From positions 780,001-812,000 of the forward strand of contig CAVRAI010000003.1 in assembly GCA_963718915.1 (NCBI GenBank): 32,000 nucleotides of DNA, read 5' to 3'. This document shows positions 26,122 through 32,000 of the stretch, piece after piece (position 1 is the stretch's first letter; each line of letters opens with the position of its first letter). The notes under the pieces were generated by a model that was not told where the DNA came from, ran no database searches, and worked only from the letters and a program-made list of their open reading frames with translations. The stretch is from an uncultured Chloroflexia bacterium (lineage in GTDB: Bacteria; Chloroflexota; Ktedonobacteria; Ktedonobacterales; JADMIN01). Position numbers and translations under genes: made by a program.

Positions 26122-26214
26122 CCCGACCTCACCTCCAGCCACCTCTCCCACAGGAGCGCGCGTTTCCCGTGGCTCTCCCATGTGTGAGGGTGACCACTAT
26201 GCTGGGGTGAGGTC
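26122..26214. repeat. two degenerate copies of the hairpin repeat in inverted orientation (copies b1, b2)
   Basis: GACCTCACCTCC (26125-36) is the reverse complement of the family tail. CGTGGCTCTCCCA....GCTGGGGTGAGGTC (26168-26214) is a plus-orientation copy with a decayed stem. Confidence 0.5.
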
Positions 26215-26348
26215 TATGCTTTTCCCGATATGCTATCCTCTTGATGGTGAACCGCAGACACGCATGCCGCAACGGTGCGGTGCGTGGTTCACCAGAGACG
26301 GTGTAGCGTCACATAGCGGGCATATCAGGGCAGGGAGACGACGACACG

Positions 26349-26826
26349 ATGGCGAATGACCGACAGCAGCAGGAATCTAAGGCGCGCTTCCGGGTGGCGG
26401 CCTTCGCGATTATCGAGCAGGAGGGAAAGTACCTGCTGGCGCGGCGGCGCGACATCGGCTGGTGGAATCTGGCGGGCGGCGGGACTGGAAAACGGCGAGA
26501 CGGTGGACGAAGGCATGACGCGCGAGGTCATGGAGGAGGTGTGTCTCACCGTGACTATCGAGCGGGTCGTGGGTATCTACTCCAAGCCGCGCAAGAATGA
26601 GGTGGTTGTCACCTTCCTCTGCCATCCAGCGCCCAACGCTGGCATACCAGGAACAAGCGACGAGGTCTCCGAGGTGGGCTGGTTCACCCCCGATAATCTG
26701 CCCGACGACTTTCTCCCCAAACATCGCCAGCGACTGCAAGATGCGTTGATCGGTCAGCGTGAAGCCATCGTGCGAGCGCAGCGCACCAGCACCGAAGAAG
26801 ACCAGGGATTGCCCGCAAACAAGTGA
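26349..26826 (+). pseudogene. NUDIX hydrolase interrupted by a 1-nt insertion in a G-run (or a sequencing error)
   Basis: ORF 26349.. gives FRVAAFAIIEQEGKYLLARRRDIGWWNLAGGG. ORF 26356.. continues with the NUDIX box LENGETVDEGMTREVMEEVCL. Skipping one G at 26481-83 restores GGGLENGET. Confidence 0.8.
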
Positions 26827-27015
26827 GCGCACCCTACCGCCGCTCAAATGGGCTACCCCGTTTGGGCTGTTATGGCTCTCTGTGAGGCGATTCATGGCGC
26901 ACGGGATTCTTGTGTGCAATACTACCCACAGTATCAGAAACTGGCTACCCGTCTCGTTTCAGCGTGCTCTGGATCGGATCGGGCGCAACCGGCTACAACA
27001 GGGAGGACGAACGCG

Positions 27016-27969
27016 ATGGATATTGCCACGCTCGAAGCGCCTCCCGCCTCGATTCTGATCGTCGAAGATGAGGAGCCTCTTGCCCACATGCTCGGCTCAA
27101 CCCTGGCCGCCGAGGGCTACGCGCCGACGATTGCCTATACCGGTGAGGACGCCATCTCCTTCGCGCTCCGCGAGCCACCGCAACTCATCTTGCTCGATCT
27201 GATGCTGCCCGGCATCGACGGCTTCGACGTCGTCTCGGCGATTCGCGCCAACGCGCGAACGACACACATCCCCGTCATGGTGCTCACCGCCCGCCACGAT
27301 ATCAGCGTCAAGATGCGCGCCTTTGCCTCGAAGGTTGATGACTACATGACCAAGCCATTCAATGGCGAGGAACTGGTGGCGCGCATACGCACCCAACTGC
27401 GCCACCTGCGCGAGACGCTGCTTTCCCCGCTGACGGGCCTGCCCTCCGGTCTGCGTGTCGAACACGCCATCGCCGAGCAACTGCGGTCTCCCAGGCCATG
27501 GGCCATCCTCTATCTCGACCTGGACCACTTCAAAGCCTATAACGATGTCTATGGCCCCCTGCGGGGCAACGACCTCATCCGGCTGCTGGGGCGGGCGACG
27601 TCGGAAAGCCTGCGCGCTGAGGGCAATGCGAGCGATTTTCTGGGCCACATCGGCGGCGACGACTTTATCCTTATCACCACCCCCGAACGTATGGAGCCGC
27701 TCTGTTGCGGTATCGTCGCCGCCTGGGAACGCGAGAGCCGCGCACTCTACTCGCTCGAAGACGCCGCGCGCGGTTCGCTCATCGCTCGTGACCGGCAGGG
27801 ACAGGAACAGGTCTACCCGCTGGTCGGCGTCTCGATTGGCGTCGTGACCAATCTCCACCGCTCGATCACTACGATGGAAGAGTTCAGCCGTATCGCCGCC
27901 GAGGTCAAGGCGCAGGCGAAAGCCATCCCTGGCAGCAGCTTTTACATTGACCGCCGTGGCGGCGACTAG
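27016..27969 (+). CDS. response regulator: REC domain + GGDEF-type domain with non-canonical GGDDF motif
   Basis: ATG 27016 has GGGAGGA 8 nt upstream. REC region: ILIVEDEE..LILLDLMLPGIDGF..DDYMTKPF. GGDEF-like region: LTGLP..LYLDLDHFKAYND..HIGGDDFILI. Confidence 0.85.
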   Translation: MDIATLEAPPASILIVEDEEPLAHMLGSTLAAEGYAPTIAYTGEDAISFALREPPQLILLDLMLPGIDGFDVVSAIRANARTTHIPVMVLTARHDISVKMRAFASKVDDYMTKPFNGEELVARIRTQLRHLRETLLSPLTGLPSGLRVEHAIAEQLRSPRPWAILYLDLDHFKAYNDVYGPLRGNDLIRLLGRATSESLRAEGNASDFLGHIGGDDFILITTPERMEPLCCGIVAAWERESRALYSLEDAARGSLIARDRQGQEQVYPLVGVSIGVVTNLHRSITTMEEFSRIAAEVKAQAKAIPGSSFYIDRRGGD

Positions 27970-27989
27970 GAGAACCTCTGCCCTGAGTG

Positions 27990-28045
27990 GATCTCACCCT
28001 CCACATGCACTCCGCTCCAGTTATCCCCTCCCCGAGGGAGGCGGC
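27990..28045 (-). repeat. hairpin repeat, copy c (minus orientation, degenerate)
   Basis: GATCTCACCCTCCA (27990-28003) is the reverse complement of a TGGAGGGTGAGATC tail. The hairpin is CCTCCC (28027-32) / GGGAGG (28036-41). Confidence 0.5.
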
Positions 28046-28221
28046 TGTTAAGAATACTCTGGTTCCCCTGTGATACGTCGTCGCGTCATTCCGTAGGAGG
28101 ATCACTGCCTGCTCCCCTGGCAGCCTCGCGGCTTGGCGGGATGACAAACGACAACAGAAGGGTGCGACGTAGTATCATACTGTTGCAGGTTGCCGGGCCA
28201 AACGCGAATGGTCTGCAGCTC

Positions 28222-28818
28222 TTAGCAGGTCCACGGGGTAGCGTTGTCGGGACGGAATGTGGCGAGGATGGACTCGTCCTGCGCCTGAGTGGCGTTACTT
28301 GACTGTGCGTCGCCGGCGTCCAGCGCGAAGGCCGTGGCCTGCGCATTGACGAAGGCCCACGACCGCATGGATTGCCCCTCGCCGCTGAGCGGCGTGTAGG
28401 TCATCGGCAGACCTGCCAGCGTGATGTGCTGGACCTCGCCGCTCGCCGGTGGACAGTACATTCCTTGGATGTTGAGGGCTGGTTCGTGATCTTGCACCAA
28501 CACGCGCACCGCCATCTGGTTATTGGGAGCAATAACGAGATAGAGCACGGACCCGTCCTGCTGCGGGACGGTCTGTGGCGTCCATCCCGGCGGATAGGCA
28601 AGGCTAAAGTGCCACCCAACCAGGACCGACCATCCGTCGGGGACGTTGGTGGGCGTCGGGGCCGGGGCGAGTGTAGGCGTCGGGGCGAGAGTGGGCACGC
28701 TGGTCACCGTCGCGGTGGGTGATACACTCGCCGTCGCCGCGGGGGCGCACGCTGCAAGGCAGAGGAGCGCGAGCGCACCCAGAAGTGCGAAGACCGGCCG
28801 GGTCGAGAAGCGAGGCAC
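28222..28818 (-). CDS. lipoprotein of unknown function
   Basis: GTG 28818 has AGGAGG 5 nt upstream. The signal peptide carries an L-A-A-C lipobox, followed by a T/P-rich linker. No family recognised. Confidence 0.7.
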   Translation of the reverse strand: MPRFSTRPVFALLGALALLCLAACAPAATASVSPTATVTSVPTLAPTPTLAPAPTPTNVPDGWSVLVGWHFSLAYPPGWTPQTVPQQDGSVLYLVIAPNNQMAVRVLVQDHEPALNIQGMYCPPASGEVQHITLAGLPMTYTPLSGEGQSMRSWAFVNAQATAFALDAGDAQSSNATQAQDESILATFRPDNATPWTC

Positions 28819-29007
28819 GGGTCCCTCCTAACAACAGCAAGTATACAAGCAACACGCCGCTACAGTAGCAGGGACGCATGCTCCTGTCAAGCGACTGCTG
28901 CCATGTTGCGCCGTGCCCATGCGCGGCACAGCTCCCGGCCCACTCGTCACCCTAGGGAGACCATTCTACAACGGTCCAGGGTGACGGGGCATGAGACAGG
29001 ATAGAAA

Positions 29008-29051
29008 ACGCGGTTCCTCTGGCTCCCATCTCCCACTGGGAGATGGGTTGG
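29008..29051 (+). repeat. intergenic hairpin repeat, copy d (TCTGGCTCCC - 10-bp hairpin - TTGGGGGTGAGGTC)
   Basis: CCCATCTCCC (29015-24) pairs with GGGAGATGGG (29028-37). The flanks match copy a. Confidence 0.75.
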
Positions 29052-29104
29052 GGGTGAGGTCCGCAGCCATCAGCAAAAATATATACCCCTCGGCAAACTG
29101 CTAC

Positions 29105-29133
29105 TTGACACAATACCTGCCTGCCGCTATACT
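29105..29133 (+). promoter_or_regulatory. near-consensus sigma70 promoter TTGACA-N17-TATACT
   Basis: -35 TTGACA at 29105-10, an exact 17-nt spacer, and -10 TATACT at 29128-33. It lies ~320 nt upstream of the GTG at 29457. Confidence 0.6.
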
Positions 29134-29139
29134 ACGCCC

Positions 29140-29456
29140 CAACCTTGTCTGCTAGTCCATTTCGACTGGGCTGCTACGAAATATCACGTAGCGAGACATC
29201 TGTCGCCTTTTGGCGACGACAAGGAAGTAGCGACAAGAGAGCTGTCTCTGGGAATGGAGATTCCCGGCGGAAGTGTATCTCGTACGCATCCGCTCGCATC
29301 TCAACCACGCTGTCCTATCGGGTCTATCTGGCCAGGTTCGCTCGCGCGGTCTGCGAGCATTGGCGGATCCAGGGGAGGAAAACCGCCGCGGGAACCTGGT
29401 GATTTCCCCACCATGAGAGGCCGTGAAAAACGGTCCTCGTAAGGAGAGACACTGCG
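29140..29456 (+). promoter_or_regulatory. long hairpin-rich 5' leader of the secreted-protein gene
   Basis: Hairpins at 29173-92, 29202-17, 29236-49 and 29250-65 (the last with loop GGAG). A three-helix junction is formed by P1 29332-39/29392-99, P2 29340-58 and P3 29362-87. A further hairpin at 29417-38 abuts the SD AAGGAGAG (29441-48). Confidence 0.4.
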
Positions 29457-30458
29457 GTGAAGAAGCTACGTATCGCCCTCATTCCCCTGACCATCGTGGC
29501 CGTTGCGGCCATAGCTGTCATGCTCGCCTTTGGCGGACACGTCACCAGCGCCAGTGCAGCCGCGGGCGGCTCTGACGTCTTGCACGGCAAGCTGCTGAAG
29601 CCGCGCCCGGCAAAAGGCGCGTCTCCCCAGGCCGTCACTAACAGCAATCTGGTCTATTCTGGCGGCCCCGTCTCACTCACACCAACCGTCTATATCAGCT
29701 GGTGGGGCAGTCAGTGGAACACCGGGTTCTCCTCGGGTGGCTATACCAGCGCGCAGGCGCAGACCTATGTCACCGGCTTCTTTGGCAATGTCGGCGGTAG
29801 CTCCTGGCATCAGATTGATACACAGTATTGCCAGGGCGTGGCGGTTGGTACCACGAACTGTGGCACGAGCGGCCAGCACATCACCAACCCGACCGCTATT
29901 CTCGCGGGCACGTGGGTGGATACCACCTCACTTCCGAAGCGTGTCACACAGGCCACCATCGCCAGCGCGGCGGTTCGCCTGATGACTCACTTCGGCGGCT
30001 TCAATGCCAACGCGATCTACCTGGTCTTCACGCCAAGCGGTCACTCGATGAGCGGCTTCGGCACGCAGTGGTGCGCCTGGCACGACAATACCTCCAGCGG
30101 CGGCCATCAGGTGGCTTATGGCTATATCCCCTACATGCCAAGCGCGGGTTCGAGCTGTGGCATGAACTTCGTCAACGCCACGAACAATAGCTACGGCAAT
30201 GGCTACTTCGACGGCTTCTCCATCGTTGCGGGGCATGAGTTCATGGAGGCCGAGTCCGACATGACCCCTAGCACCAGCATCGCCTGGCAGGGTCCCGGCG
30301 GCGGCAGCGACGAGAACGCCGACAAGTGCGCCTGGAACCAGAATGGCGGCACATCGGCCAATATCACGCTGGGCAGCAACTTCTACGCTGTGCAGCCCAT
30401 CTGGAGCAACAACTCCACCACCAGCGGCGGCAGCCACTGTGTCACATCGCACACATAG
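29457..30458 (+). CDS. secreted protein of unknown function (signal peptide; contains HEFMEAESD)
   Basis: GTG 29457 has AAGGAGAG 8 nt upstream. N-terminal signal/TM MKKLRIALIPLTIVAVAAIAVMLAFGG. Conserved-looking NLVYSGGPV..PTVYISWWG. G/S/T/N-rich with several Cys. Confidence 0.75.
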   Translation: MKKLRIALIPLTIVAVAAIAVMLAFGGHVTSASAAAGGSDVLHGKLLKPRPAKGASPQAVTNSNLVYSGGPVSLTPTVYISWWGSQWNTGFSSGGYTSAQAQTYVTGFFGNVGGSSWHQIDTQYCQGVAVGTTNCGTSGQHITNPTAILAGTWVDTTSLPKRVTQATIASAAVRLMTHFGGFNANAIYLVFTPSGHSMSGFGTQWCAWHDNTSSGGHQVAYGYIPYMPSAGSSCGMNFVNATNNSYGNGYFDGFSIVAGHEFMEAESDMTPSTSIAWQGPGGGSDENADKCAWNQNGGTSANITLGSNFYAVQPIWSNNSTTSGGSHCVTSHT

Positions 30459-30592
30459 CTTTCTCGTCCTCTAGCGCGGACAGGGTGGGGGAAATATCCC
30501 CTGCCCTGTTTTTGTCTCCGCGAGAATGGCATCGCCGTGCGATACAATAGCAGTGACGAGTCTTGCGAGCGGAAAGAAAGCGTTATCAAGCG

Positions 30593-31009
30593 ATGAATGA
30601 TGCAGGGCCACCAGTACCATCCCCTGACACTGATACGTACGTGGATGAGGCGCAACGTAAAGCTACTCGCGACAACGCCCGGCGGGTGCTGCGCGAGAGC
30701 GGCGTCGCCGACATTCTCCGCAGGCTGAATAGCAATGCGCTGCAGGGGCGCGGCGCCTTCGAGGAGTATGATTCGGGCGTCATCTTCAGGTGGGGACATG
30801 GCTATACGCGCCGCCATATCTGGGTGCATGTCGAGGGCGATGAGCTGCGCTTCCGGCTCGCGCCGCATCTGCGCTGCTCCCGGCCCGTGCCCCTTTGCGA
30901 TGGCGAATACCATATCTTCACCGAGGAGACCTGGAGCATCCCTGGCGCGGTTCTCAGCGAGGTTGATCGTAACTATCGGAAACCAGTTGCCGAAGCATCG
31001 GAGGACTAG
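30593..31009 (+). CDS. hypothetical protein (138 aa)
   Basis: ORF 30563..31009. ATG 30593 is preferred over TTG 30563. Weak SD, and no family recognised. Confidence 0.5.
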   Translation: MNDAGPPVPSPDTDTYVDEAQRKATRDNARRVLRESGVADILRRLNSNALQGRGAFEEYDSGVIFRWGHGYTRRHIWVHVEGDELRFRLAPHLRCSRPVPLCDGEYHIFTEETWSIPGAVLSEVDRNYRKPVAEASED

Positions 31010-31014
31010 CATCT

Positions 31015-32000
31015 ATGACACGACCGCTGACCCCGGAAGATTTCTATGCCATTCGCCTCGTCGAAGAATCGCGCATCTCACCCGACGGCTCGCGTATCGC
31101 CTATGTGGTCCAGGGTATGGACCGCGAGAGTTACGAATATCGCCGCTCGATCTGGGTCGTGCCCGCCGAAGGTGGAGAGCCACACCGCCTGACCGCCGGG
31201 CCGAATGACCACTCGCCGCGCTGGTCGCCGGATGGCCGCGCGCTGGCGTTCGTGCGCAGCCCAGCCCGTCCGGCGCCGCCACGCACGAAGGCGGAACGTG
31301 ACGCGGGCAAGGGCCAGGGGCAAATCTGGCTCCTGTCGCTGGATGGTGGTGAGCCAACCCAGCTGACCACATTGCGCTATGGCGCGGGCACGCCAACCTG
31401 GTCGCCCGATGGCGCGACGATGCTCTTTACGGCGAAGTCAGGTGAGCCGGAAGAACCTGAGGTGGCGGATGCGGCAATTGGCGAGGACACGATGCATCTG
31501 CCGCGCGTGCGCACGATCAATCGCCTTTGGCACAAGCTGGATGGTGTCGGCTTCATCTACGAGCACCGCACACACCTCTTCACCGTCCCGGTCAGTGGCG
31601 GCGAGCCACATCAGTTGACCGATGGTGACTACGATGACGGCGCGCCCGACTGGTCGCCCGATGGCAAGATGATAGCCTTCGCCTCGGATCGCACCGACGA
31701 CCGCTGGACATGGCCCGGCGCGTCGATCTGGACGCTCAATCTGGCCAGTGGCGCGCTCACCCGCATGACCGATGAGGCGCTCTCGTGCCACGCGCCAAAG
31801 TGGTCGCCCGATGGCAAGACGATAGCCTTCCTCTCTACCACACGCCGCGAGAGCGATGGGCATGGCGATCTCTGCGTCGTACCCGAGAACAAGCCCTGCA
31901 AACATCGCCAGCTCACAACTGATTTCGTCCCCAACTGCGAGGACACCTGCATCGACGATATGCGCGCGGGCCACGGCGGGGCGCACCTGGTCTGGTCGCC
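31015..32000 (+). CDS. S9-family (prolyl oligopeptidase / acylaminoacyl-peptidase-like) serine peptidase, N-terminal beta-propeller part, 3'-partial
   Basis: Not in the ORF track because there is no stop before the window end. ATG 31015 has GGAGGA 10 nt upstream. Frame 1 is open to 32000. Product begins MTRPLTPEDFYAIRLVEESRISPDGSRIAYVV... and has repeated WSPDG(R/A/K/K) blade motifs at least 4 times. Confidence 0.8.
   Translation, partial: MTRPLTPEDFYAIRLVEESRISPDGSRIAYVVQGMDRESYEYRRSIWVVPAEGGEPHRLTAGPNDHSPRWSPDGRALAFVRSPARPAPPRTKAERDAGKGQGQIWLLSLDGGEPTQLTTLRYGAGTPTWSPDGATMLFTAKSGEPEEPEVADAAIGEDTMHLPRVRTINRLWHKLDGVGFIYEHRTHLFTVPVSGGEPHQLTDGDYDDGAPDWSPDGKMIAFASDRTDDRWTWPGASIWTLNLASGALTRMTDEALSCHAPKWSPDGKTIAFLSTTRRESDGHGDLCVVPENKPCKHRQLTTDFVPNCEDTCIDDMRAGHGGAHLVWS

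Noticed and set aside
25095-26132. 345-aa ORF antisense to the ArsA-like ATPase
   Set aside because: Shadow ORF with R/H/D-rich low-information sequence. The sense strand has a clear P-loop and ArsA motifs.

Overview
This is a 32-kb high-GC bacterial chromosomal segment. A housekeeping line I counted by hand is 72% G+C. The gene content, plus a GC-rich hairpin repeat whose spurious translation reads ..PLP..G.G.GVRS, suggests a Chloroflexota/Ktedonobacteria-like genome; that is inference only.

There are about 30 protein genes, mostly ordinary:
- Transport and envelope: Amt ammonium transporter, GtrA-like protein, an ABC-2 exporter pair, a GH3 hexosaminidase lipoprotein, an SLT transglycosylase, two further lipoproteins and a secreted protein.
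- Metabolism: F420-type DDN oxidoreductase, UbiD-family decarboxylase, FAD oxidoreductase, TreT trehalose synthase, NUDIX hydrolase, a Vgb-like beta-propeller protein.
- Regulation and RNA modification: CsrA, a REC-GGDEF regulator, SpeE-like and RlmI-like methyltransferases, an ArsA/Get3-like ATPase.
- A 3'-truncated S9 peptidase (31015..window end) that the ORF track misses because it has no stop codon.

I recognised no rRNA, tRNA, CRISPR array, integrase or transposase.

Most noteworthy observations:
1. An AT-richer ~2-kb islet (15.3-17.4 kb) in which a GIY-YIG homing-endonuclease module is fused in frame to a Bro-N domain. It appears to split a Bro-N/DinD-family gene into two ORFs, next to a Cys-rich basic micro-protein.
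2. A ~1.2-kb ORF-poor, structured, lower-GC region with a near-consensus promoter upstream of csrA. The CsrA itself has a ~90-aa extension carrying an in-frame 9-bp tandem repeat.
3. A consensus sigma70 promoter and a ~320-nt hairpin-rich leader, with GGA motifs in loops, ahead of a secreted protein.
4. A family of intergenic hairpin repeats with at least 5 copies.
5. Three single-base indels at short homopolymers that break conserved genes (ubiD, ABC ATPase, NUDIX). These are probably assembly errors and are a caveat for every ORF call here.

All family assignments come from reading motifs by eye. No database search was run.
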